This document shows positions 12,850-23,088 of a stretch of DNA of 64,000 nt, piece after piece (within the stretch, counting starts at the first letter, position 1; the number at the start of each line of letters is the position of its first letter). The DNA lies in the NCBI RefSeq assembly GCF_006345805.1, contig NC_043022.1, forward strand, positions 16,182,001 through 16,246,000. The letters run 5' to 3'. The position numbers and the translations under genes were made by a program. The stretch is from Octopus sinensis (lineage: Eukaryota). The notes below the pieces were generated by a model that saw nothing but the letters and a program-made list of their open reading frames with translations, searched no databases and was not told where the DNA came from.

Positions 12850-13045
12850 TCTATGTAGCTGTTTGATTGGCCAAAAACAGCAGCCAAGTTTCTTTCTAAC
12901 TTCACCCTAGCATCATAAAAAGAAGTACACTTTCGGCAACATTTTGATTTTCCAAATGACAGAATGGTCACAACTGGAATGTCTTGGTTTATAGATCTGC
13001 TCAGCCAGGGCTGGTCTACAGCTGAATCACAACAAGCAACATCAT
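12850..13045 (+). mobile_element. Family D repeat ending in an (AAC)n-like tail
   Basis: aacagcagccaag...caccctagcatcataaaaagaag...ggaatgtcttgg...tctgctcagccagggctgg...acaacaagcaac. Confidence 0.5.
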
Positions 13046-13235
13046 CTGAATCTTCAGCCTTTATACTTCCATCATTTGCTGTTCTTTATATATTCTTTAG
13101 GATAATATATGTATTAAAATAGAGTTTGACAGAAATTGAATAAAGTCTGCCTCAATGAAGTTGTTCAACCCCTGCCTGCATGGAAAAGTGAATTTAAAAG
13201 CAATGAAAATGATACTTTGTGTATATGTGTGTGTA

Positions 13236-13267
<32 letters not shown>

Positions 13268-14989
13268 ATGCCTTTTAATGCATAACTAGTTACCATAGAA
13301 AATTAGGGCTTGATTTTCTGCTATGTTAAACTCCCACACCATTATAATGCCATCAGTAAAAGCTTCAATATGGTCTCAGGCTAACAAGAGCCACATGTTG
13401 TTAACAAGGATTAAAATAGGAAAACAAAGTTGTTTTCTGAAATGAAAGAAGGTAAAAGAGAGAGAGAGAGAGAGAGTGTGTGTGAGTATGTAACCTTTAA
13501 AAGCAGGGTTTCTCTCTTTTCTGATTCACGTTCCATTTTGGCTGTGAATTTATTTAAAATAATGAAATTAAGAATACTTTAAAGAAGAAACGAAGAACAT
13601 TAATATGTCTTATTCTTTTTTTTTAATTGTTTAAGAAAATGTTTTCAGTTGCTGTTCTCTGTTTGGTCTTTAAAACGAGAGGAGGATAGAAGGAGTGTAA
13701 AAAATTAAAGATAAACATTAGTGATGTTGGAAAAAGTAGTTTTCTACAAAATTTAGAAAAAGAAAAAAATAAAGATCTTGTAATATAGAATGTAAGATAA
13801 GTTTATTGTTGAAGATATATAAGTGTTATTTATATAGAAATATTTTATAAGTATACTGAATATTGATTCTTGTGCTATTATTGTTTATTTATTTCTGTTC
13901 AAATATGCACTATAGATGATGAGAAAGGATTTGAAATATTGATTTTTATTTATGTCTTTTTGATGATTTTTAATTTTTAACAGTTTTTCAGTTTGATCAA
14001 AATAAAGAATAATTTGTTAAATTCTCGCATATCTAAGAAACTTTTTTTTTTAAAGACTGCATAAAACTAAATGCAGTTCAGTCGAAAAAAATTATTTTTT
14101 TTCCATCAATTTTGTATTTATTTATTATTTTATTTTTTGCCTTTATATAGAATTTGTCAAATACTTTATATTTTTTTAATGAAAAATATTAGACCTCCCC
14201 CAAGGTGTTAACCAAGGGGAAACCTAAATGTAACTCTATCATTTAGCTGAAGCTCAAATGTGAACTTCCTCTATCAACTGGTTTCCCCCTCTTCTTATGA
14301 ATCAATCTCTCAACTGTTTCTCAATGAGTCACTTTGAGCTCTTTTTACAAGCAGTCAACTGCTGGTGGCCAGTTTTTGAAATAATATTTCTAAAGATTTT
14401 AAATGCAACAGAAATCAGAAGAGATATTTTTTTTTACAACTTATGGGGGAAGATAGGTGAGTTTGAAAGAAGGGAGTAGCTAAGGGGATTGAGAAATAGG
14501 GGAAAAAGAATGAAAAGCAAAAAAGAAAATATTGAAAACACATTAAATGCTAATAGAGATGAATCATGTTGTATAGATTTTTTTTTTTACAAAAATCAGA
14601 AACATTTCTAAACTTTAAAAATAATCAATTATTTACAGATGTTAAAATGTGTAGTTATTCACATTTATATTAAAAACAATTTTATTTCCTAATAATATTC
14701 TGCATATATTGAACTTCAGTTATTCAATCTTAAAAAGAAGAGATAAAATAAAACAAACTAACCATTATTCTCTCCCTTTGTAAGGAAAGCTAGTGTAAAA
14801 ATGTACATTAAAATAATTCATAATTTACAGAAAATAAGAAAAAATAATATTTTAGATCTATGGCTGGGAATTAAAAGTAAAAGAAAAACATGAATATTGA
14901 TTTATAAATTTAGTGAATGGAATTGGAACGGAAGGGTAAATTTGTAGTTACTTTTATTCTGTATAAACTGGTCTGTCATTTACCTTTTA

Positions 14990-15605
14990 GTTATTTCAGT
15001 CATTAGACTGCAGCCATATGAAAATAATAAATGTGCCCTTTTAAAGCCTAGTCAGGCTCATGGGCCCGGTTTCCCGGTTTCTATGGCGTATGTGTTCCTC
15101 AGCTGGACGGGACGTCAGTCCATCGTAGCGTTACTCATTTTTGCCAGCTGAGTGGACTGGAGCAACATGAAATGAAGTGTTTTGCTCAAGAACATAACAC
15201 GTCACCCGGTTCAGGAATTGAAACCACAATCTTACGATCATGATGCTGACACTCTAACCACTAAGCCACGCACCACATTGGGGCACTGCATTGAAGAACT
15301 TTTAGTTGGATGGCCCAACTCCAGTGCTTATTATTATTTTAAAAGCCTGAGACATATCCTATTGGTCTCTTTTGCCAAACCAGTAAGTTATGAAAACATA
15401 CATACAGCAATACTGATTGCAAAGTGGTGGAACACACACACACAATCGGCTTCTTTCAGTTTCCATCTATCAAATCCACTCACATGGATTTGGTTGGCCC
15501 AAGGCTATAGTAGAAGACACTTGACCAAGATGCCACATAGTGGGACTGAACCTGGAACTGTATAGTTGGGAAGGAAGCTCTTTACCCCACTGCCACACCT
15601 CCTCC
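14990..15605 (-). mobile_element. SINE family B interrupted by a younger SINE
   Basis: The tail motif cagtcattagactgcagccat|...|tggggcactgc is split by 15022-15276; the rest is colinear with family B. Confidence 0.7.
15022..15276 (-). mobile_element. tRNA/CORE-headed SINE with a gaaaccggga-type tail, nested insertion
   Basis: The - strand reads gtggtgcgtggcttagtggttagagtg (A box), ggtttcaattcc (B box), gttcttgagcaaaacacttcatttcatgttgctccagtccactcagctggc, and ends with an aaa/ttt-rich tail. Confidence 0.8.
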
Positions 15606-15639
15606 TGTATGGATAACTCTGCAAAGGAACCTTCGAATG

Positions 15640-15855
15640 ATCACTTAACCTGCTAGAGGTAGCAGCTAAACCATCTTCAGATCTCAATATACTGTCTTAA
15701 GAGAAGGACACACTGGGTAATGTAATTCTTGATGCACTATACTTGAAAACAACAAAAAAAGAAAACAAAACATAAAACTATGGGTAATCACAGGCAAAAC
15801 ACTTTTGACAATTGGTCTACTTGCTTCAGGTTGACCTAGGGCTAAATAACACCCA
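15640..15855 (+). mobile_element. Family D repeat
   Basis: ttaacctgctagaggtagcagctaaa...gtcttaagagaaggacacactgggtaatgta...ttgacctagggctaaataac. Confidence 0.55.
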
Positions 15856-16329
15856 TTCTTTTCCAAACTAAATGATCAGGCTAGACTTCCATCCTTTCTC
15901 CTATCTGGTATGATCAAATATTTGTATTATATTTTAAAATTCTATGCTATTTACTTTCTGCTATTCTGTGTCAATTTCATTTCCTTCGAACCGCCTTAAT
16001 CCCTTCTGATATGACAGATATAGAAACATGTAATGCAAAACTGAAGTGCAGCAGTGCTAAAGAATGGCAATTTCAATATCATTCACTAAAACACTTTCAC
16101 ATAACAATGAAACAATGCTGACAATGTTGCCTCCTCCTGTGAATACAAAGAGGTTGTTGGCAATCCTGCTGACAATGAACAATGCTGTTGACTAAACATA
16201 ACTTTGCTGTCATAACTTTCAAGTCAATAGGAATTAGTTCTGAGGTAAACCATGAAGAGTTTTCTTCAATTCTGTTTTTTCCCTCTTTAAGTTCAATTTA
16301 GTGTTTTCCTGCTATTGTCATGAATGATA

Positions 16330-16475
16330 GGTGCTTGCTTCCCAACCACTGGGATCTAAGTTCAGTTCCACTGTGTGGCAGCTTGGGCAAGTGTCTTCTT
16401 CTATAACCCTAGGCTGACTAAAGCCTTAGGAGTGGATTTGGTAGACAGAAACTAGAAGCCCATTGTGTAAATCTA

Positions 16476-16519
<44 letters not shown>

Positions 16520-16765
16520 TTGTCTCTTTCTCTTGATATTGCAGATTTGTTGTAAGTATATCTGCTCACATTGTACAAGCATTGTCTTTCATTTCCAGTG
16601 TTCTGACGGGTAAACATGTCTGGCCATAGGGAAACATTAAGTTTTTGGAAACAGACGAGAATTGGTAGCAGGAAGGCCATCTGGTTATAGAAAAACCTGC
16701 TTGAACATATTCTGTCTGACCCATACAAGCATGAAAAAGTAGATGGTAAAATGATGATGATGATA
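16330..16765 (+). mobile_element. SINE B2: family B head and CORE-like segment with an RTE-like 3' tail
   Basis: Head tgcttgcttcccaaccac...gcttgggcaagtgtctt, then (TG)(AG)n, then ttggtagcaggaaggccatctggttatagaaa...gacccatacaagcatgaaaaagtagatggtaaaatgatgatgat. Confidence 0.8.
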
Positions 16766-17849
16766 ATGTTGAATGTCCTCAGTGACCTCCTACTGCTGTG
16801 TTTTTATGTCAGTGGGCTCAAAGAAGTTCCATCCCAGTTTTCTCTTAGGTGTCATATTAATTATGTCACTTCTTTATTCAAAACAGCGGGGTGTAATTTA
16901 GAGAAATCTGGCTGCTATATCTAGCGGGTTGAGTGACCGACAGCTCAACTATCCTAAGTCATTTCCCTATGAACAGCAGGTAAAGTGGATTAAACAGTTT
17001 GTGTCAGAATCTCATATATTTTTAGGAAAACATAATGGAATCTTACATTTATTTAGTTTTGTCATGTCTGTTCATGACTAATCAATAAATTTAATAGTTT
17101 TAAGACTATTAAAGTTATTGATTACACTTGAACAGACATGGCTGTTGATGGGGCCACACAGAAATAATCATAAAACTATGTTGACTGTGATAGATACAAG
17201 AGATACTTTAATCCTTTTATTAATTGTTTTCCTCAGTAAATCCCCTCGGCACTGCTTTTGTTTATTTGTTGCAGCAGCCTGGCCTTTGCGGTCATTGCTC
17301 TTTCTGTTGCGTTTTTAAACATGTCTCATATAAAGTTTCAGATTTTGTTTTTACAAAATTTTGCTGAGCTTATTTTGTCAGGCACCTTCACACATGTCTA
17401 TCTACTCACATATACAACATTACACATTGCATTCACTCACGCATATCCACATGCTCCACTCCACACTGTCACCTATAAATATACAAGTGAATACCCACAC
17501 CTATTCTCACCCACATACATCCACACACACATGCACTGTAGTGCATATGCATACACACCCACCACACCTTACCCATCTATAAACACCCCCACACACATGC
17601 ATACTATTTTTTTTGTTCATCTTAGTGTTGTGACATTATAATTTCATGAGATATCAAATCAGTTTGATTTTAATTTAATAAATTCCACATTTTATTTCAA
17701 CATTCTTTTTTAATTCTGTTTTTTGTTTTCCATATAACTCCTTCAACTCAAATAAACTCATTATTAGTGTGATAGTGTTTACTTGTTTCATTATTCATTT
17801 CCATCTCTCTCTCTCTCTCTCTCACACACATACACACACACACGCACAC

Positions 17850-18086
17850 ATGAGGGGATGCTGAAGAGTTTCTGATCGTGAAAGGCTCAACTGGAGGGTA
17901 TCATGAAAGGCCTAATTGGAGATCCAACCTTCCAGGTTCTTTTACAAGGATTAGAAAAACTTAAGGACCGCTGTGATAAGCGTGTGAATCTGAGAGGGGA
18001 ATATGTTGAATAAAATCATATTTAACTGATCCTCCTGTATTTTCTTTTACCCAAAACCAGGAACCTCTCAGCCCCACCCCCTCATA
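17850..18086 (+). mobile_element. Mariner/Tc1 deletion derivative (MITE) with imperfect TIRs
   Basis: Left end tgaggggatgctgaagagtttctg; the right end reverse-complements to tgagggggtggggctgagaggttcctg. The interior encodes FYKGLEKLKDRCDKRVNLRGEYVE*, the mariner transposase C-terminal signature. Confidence 0.8.
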
Positions 18087-18151
18087 TATGGGTTTTTTTT
18101 TGTTGAGTTATAACAATTTATCGTGAAACTGAAGAATTTGTTGAGTCCATA

Positions 18152-18380
18152 CAGATTTTATATATTATACTCTTACAAGAAAAGGGCCGACAGTAACTTT
18201 GAAGTTTTGATCAGCTAGCCTTCATTGGACCATACTACACTAGGGTTCTTTTTGACTTTATATAGTCTATATAAAGCCAAAAGGAACCCAAATGTTGTAC
18301 AGTCTGATGAAGGCTATTAGGCTGAAACTTCGAAGTCACTATCACCCCTCTTTTTGTAAAAGTATAATATATAAAATCTG
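18152..18380. repeat. 229-bp gap-free palindrome (114-bp arms, centre T18266)
   Basis: Manual arm alignment gives 90/114 identical, with the outer 20 bp (cagattttatatattatact) and inner 10 bp perfect. 19 of 24 mismatches are transitions. Confidence 0.95.
18299..18342 (+). ncRNA. Minimal type I hammerhead ribozyme motif (Penelope/retrozyme-like)
   Basis: ACAGU-CUGAUGA-AGGCUAUUAGGCU-GAAAC-UUCGAA-GUC^ACUAU. All core nucleotides are present. Helix I is AGU/ACU. Helix II is A-U, G-C, G.G, C-G, U-A. Helix III ACUUCGAAGU is a perfect palindrome. Predicted cleavage is 3' of C18337. Confidence 0.72.
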
Positions 18381-18624
18381 TTGCTGTTGATTGATAGTGA
18401 ATGGGAATACTTTCATAGTTATTTAACTGCCCTTTTCCAAGTATCCCTTTGATGGGTCTTTAATGCCAGATATTGCTTCATGGTGTCCTTAATGCATAGG
18501 CAACATCAATCACATGCAATACAATTTTTAAGTTGATCCAGTAAACTATTATTTTGGAGGTTCTCTGAATGAGGCACCAACAATGTGTTGGGGAAATTCC
18601 TGAGAAACAGGCTGCTCGATTAGC

Positions 18625-18658
<34 letters not shown>

Positions 18659-19039
18659 TTTACGAAATTTTAAAATCTTTATATCAATTTTAATTTACCT
18701 TCCTTTGTATTTGAACTAAAAATGAACTGAGTTATATTGATATTTACTAAATATTTGTATCAAATATTTCTACCTGTCTTTATCAATTTTCACTTTTTTC
18801 TTTTTAATTTTTATTACTACTAATTAGTTTATACCTATGAGACACGACCATATTGAAACTGTCTGTCTAGGAATATTAGGGGAGTAAATATTTTCATTGA
18901 AATGGAATTAAATTAAATATTAAGAAAAAGTAATATGCTGTATTTTATCTAATTAATGGAAAAATGAATTTTCAGTGAAATGTCTGTCTATCTGTCTCTT
19001 GTTATGAAATTGAATGGCTGTAATATATATTTGTATATG

Positions 19040-19215
19040 CAGAGGTGTGGTGCTGTGATTAAGAAGGTTGCTTCCCTCTTCCCAGACCACATGGTTTTGG
19101 GTTCAGTTCCCGGTGTGGCACTTTGGGCAAACAACTTCTACGCTAGCCCTAGGTTGAGTAAAGCCTTGTGAAAGGATTTGGTAGACAGAAACTGAATAAA
19201 GCTCATTGTATATGA
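19040..19215 (+). mobile_element. SINE family B head/CORE part
   Basis: ggtgtggtgctgtgattaagaagg...gggttcagttccc...ctttgggcaaac...gatttggtagacagaaactgaataaagc. Confidence 0.75.
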
Positions 19216-19260
19216 GTGTGTGTGTATGCATATATATATATACTGTATGCATATATATAT

Positions 19261-19306
19261 GCTGTAGTGCACCTGAGCACTGTACACAATGTTTTTATTA
19301 TTATTA
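19261..19306 (+). mobile_element. Extreme 3' tip of a CR1-type LINE with (TTA)n tail
   Basis: tgtagtgcacctgagcactgtacacaatgtttttattattatta, the same as the end of the CR1 fragment at 53584-53630. Confidence 0.7.
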
Positions 19307-19400
19307 TACACACACACACACACACACACAACACACACACACACATATATATATATAGTTTTGTCATGTCTGTTCATGACTAATCAAGAAATTTAATAAA

Positions 19401-19567
19401 GGCGATTACATCGACCCCAGTGCATAACTGGTACTCATTTGATCGACCCTGAAAGGATGAAAGGCAAAGTCAACCTTAACGGAATTCGAACTCAGAACGT
19501 AACGACAGACGAAATACCACTAAGCATTTCACCTGGTGTGCTAACGATTCTGCCAGCTCGCCACCCT
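19401..19567 (-). mobile_element. SINE family A, 3'-truncated
   Basis: Homologous to 2940-3106. Confidence 0.85.
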
Positions 19568-19640
19568 ATGTTCAGTCATAATAAAAACAATTTTACTTTA
19601 ATCTGATGGGTTTCCCTATACTTTTGTTGAATACAAATCC

Positions 19641-19766
19641 ATTATTCTTAAACAAGATTATTGACGTTGACTCTGAAGTTATGTCAAGTTAAGCTATCAT
19701 CGAATGATGGTTTAACTGGCCAGAACTTTGAAATCACTGTCAATAATATTCTTGTTGAAGAATAAT
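19641..19766. repeat. 126-bp imperfect palindrome related to 18152-18380
   Basis: Arms are 48/60 identical with one 3-nt indel; centre atcat-cga-atgat. The right arm aligns to the hammerhead-bearing arm of the first palindrome. Confidence 0.85.
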
Positions 19767-19809
19767 AAAAACACACACACACACACACACACTCTCTCTC
19801 TCTCTCTCC

Positions 19810-19962
19810 TTACAGTTTCTGTCTACCAAATCCATCCATAATGCTTTGGTTGGCCTGGGATTATAGTAGAGGACACTTGGCCAAGGTGCCACACAGTGAA
19901 ACAGAACCTGGAACCATGTGGTTGGGAAGCAAACTTCTTACCACACAGCCACACCTGTGTCT
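19810..19962 (-). mobile_element. SINE family B head part
   Basis: cagtttctgtctaccaaatcc...acacttggccaaggtgccacacagtg...cttaccacacagccacacctg. Confidence 0.8.
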
Positions 19963-20555
19963 GAGATAGATATAATCTTTTTAGAATCTTTCCATAATAT
20001 GTGTGCACGCGTGTGCATATACTCACACACACACATACTTGTGGTGATGTAAACTTGTTTAAAGCTTCCCTAACATTTGTAATTTGTCTCTGAAATTCCT
20101 GTCCTTATTGCAAATGGGTTCTTTTTTTCTTTTGATTGATTGGCTTGTATATTAATCTGGAGCAGAAACATAAGTGGAAAGTAGATACTTTCCCTTTTCC
20201 CCCTATCTCTATTTACATCGAATTCTGTTTTTCTTTCTCTCTTCATTTTGCACATACTCTCACCTCCCCCACCACCACCACCACCACACATCCAGTTGCA
20301 AAAGTATTCGTAAAATTCTTTCAACAATTTTACATTATAATGAATTCCAGTATTATTTTTGTAACTAGGAAAATTATATTCTTAATCCTTCCACATGAAA
20401 ACAAATTATTATAAATACCTAGTATCAAGTTAAAAAAACAACAACATCATCTACAACACCTTTGAGGAAGACGAAAATCTTGTTCCAACTTCGAATTGGC
20501 AACATAAGTTTCTTCAACATCAGTTTCTGACTGACTCTCAAACATACACACATAT

Positions 20556-20943
20556 ATGGAAGCACTCCATCGGTTACGACGACGAGGGTTCCGGTTGATC
20601 CGAATCAACGGAACAGCCTGCTCGTGAAATTAACGTGTAAGTGGCTGAGCACTCCACAGACACGTGCACCCTTAACGTAGTTCTCGGGGATATTCAGCGT
20701 GACACAGAGAGTGACAAGGCCGGCCCCTTTGAAATACAGGTACAACAGAAACAGGAAGTAAGAGTGAGAGAAAGTTGTGGTGAAAGAGTACAGCAGGGAT
20801 CACCACCATCCCCTGCCGGAGCCTCATGAAGCTTTAGGTGTTTTTCGCTCAATAAACACTCACAACGCCTGGTCTGGGAATCGAAACCGCGATCCTATGA
20901 CCGCGAGTCCGCTGCCCTAACCACTGGGCCATTGCGCCTCCAC
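20556..20943 (-). mobile_element. tRNA-derived SINE family C, young and CpG-rich
   Basis: The - strand head gtggaggcgcaatggcccagtggttagggcagcggactcgcggtcataggatcgcggtttcgattccc has A and B boxes. The 3' body is shared with 28230-28405. Confidence 0.85.
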
Positions 20944-21330
20944 GACACACACACACATATATATTACAATGGCTCAGAAGATTCCATCTGTTTTTGGACA
21001 GCATCACCAAATTAGAACTTAAATGTTTCACACTAAATTAATCTATTAAATTATATTTAATTTTAAAACATCTGTTCTTGCTCTCTTATAATGATAATTA
21101 TCAGAATTAACTATTAATTTGATCACTGAAAGTTTTATTAATTTTCATTAATTCTAAACAAAATTCTTCTCCTAAACCTTTTACTGATCAATTGACTGTT
21201 TTCATAGAAAGAAAGAAAAAAACATTATACCTTAGACTGTATGTTTGCTGAACACTAGAAGAAAAAGAACATATATGTATTTAGATGCATACATATATGT
21301 GTATATATATATATATGTATAGATGTATAC

Positions 21331-21375
<45 letters not shown>

Positions 21376-21420
21376 TACATTTCTGTATGTGAATATGTGT
21401 GTGTATATATATATATATAT

Positions 21421-21484
21421 AACCTTCCCGTTATATATATATATACATGTCTACATATATGTATCTGTGTGTGTGTGTGTGTGA

Positions 21485-21520
<36 letters not shown>

Positions 21521-22202
21521 AGTTGACAGAGGTATTATTTTAACTTGGAACATGAAATTTGTTGCAATGCCAAAAGACTGCAATGCTTTTGTCTTATATA
21601 AATCAACCAAAATGAATTATTAGAAGAAACTTGTAAAAAAGGAAATTCGCCTTCCTTAATCTCAGGTTTCGAAGGGAAAAAATTGATAAGAATAATAAAT
21701 TATTTATATGGCAGAGAGACTTCTTCAAAAGATAACAAGTTATTTATTGTTAGCAATTTAATATCGTCATATCTGAAGTGAAGGATTTCTTTTACTTTCT
21801 TTCTCTTCAATTTTTGTTTTTTTTCTTTCTTTTTAAAGAAACTGGGAAACACATTGACAATTGTCAATTTTGTAAAGTTTACTTGTTGGATCCCACCATT
21901 TCAGAACTTTCATAAAATAATTTTTAGAATGTCTTCACCTAAGTTTCATTTACACTATTTTATTGAAATATGTTATACCATTGGATGACTTTCAATTTTG
22001 TGGAGGAAAATGAGAAGTTAAAAATAGCTTTTAATGCTGAAATGAATTAATATTAAATTTCAATATATTCAATATCTCTCTTCTTTCTTTTTTTTTTATT
22101 CCATACATGCAATTTTACTGTTAGAAAATTATTTTATTTCATTCCTACTTATAATTATTCACCAAAATACATTCAATATGTTACGGGTACATACATACAT
22201 AC

Positions 22203-22235
<33 letters not shown>

Positions 22236-22302
22236 TATAACCTTCCCGTTATATATATATATACATGTCTACATATATGTATCTGTGTGTGTGTGTGTGT
22301 GA

Positions 22303-22342
<40 letters not shown>

Positions 22343-23026
22343 AGTTGACAGAGGTATTATTTTAACTTGGAACATGAAATTTGTTGCAATGCCAAAAGAC
22401 TGCAATGCTTTTGTCTTATATAAATCAACCAAAATGAATTATTAGAAGAAACTTGTAAAAAAGGAAATTCGCCTTCCTTAATCTCAGGTTTCGAAGGGAA
22501 AAAATTGATAAGAATAATAAATTATTTATATGGCAGAGAGACTTCTTCAAAAGATAACAAGTTATATATTGTTAGCAATTTAATATCGTCATATCTGAAG
22601 TGAAGGATTTCTTTTACTTTCTTTCTCTTCAATTTTTGTTTTTTTTCTTTCTTTTTAAAGAAACTGGGAAACACATTGACAATTGTCAATTTTGTAAAGT
22701 TTACTTGTTGGATCCCACCATTTCCGAACTTTCATAAAATAATTTTTAGAATGTCTTCACCTAAGTTTCATTTACACTATTTTATTGAAATATGTTATAC
22801 CATTGGATGACTTTCAATTTTGTGGAGGAAAATGAGAAGTTAAAAATAGCTTTTAATGCTGAAATGAATTAATATTAAATTTCAATATATTCAATATCTC
22901 TCTTCTTTCTTTTTTTTTTTTATTCCATACATGCAATTTTACTGTTAGAAAATTATTTTATTTCATTCCTACTTATAATTATTCACCAAAATACATTCAA
23001 TATGTTACGGGTACATACATACATAC

Positions 23027-23060
<34 letters not shown>
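21421..23060 (+). repeat. Near-identical ~820-bp tandem duplication bounded by (TA)n
   Basis: Unit 1 starts aaccttcccg at 21421 and unit 2 at 22239. The only differences seen are 21744T/22566A, 21903A/22725C, (GT)16 vs (GT)18, and T10 vs T12. Confidence 0.95.

Positions 23061-23088
<28 letters not shown>

Noticed and set aside
20860-20943. tRNA gene-like sequence with A and B boxes (also the heads at 33457, 49370, 63381)
   Set aside because: No complete cloverleaf or acceptor stem; each runs into a SINE body found in many copies.
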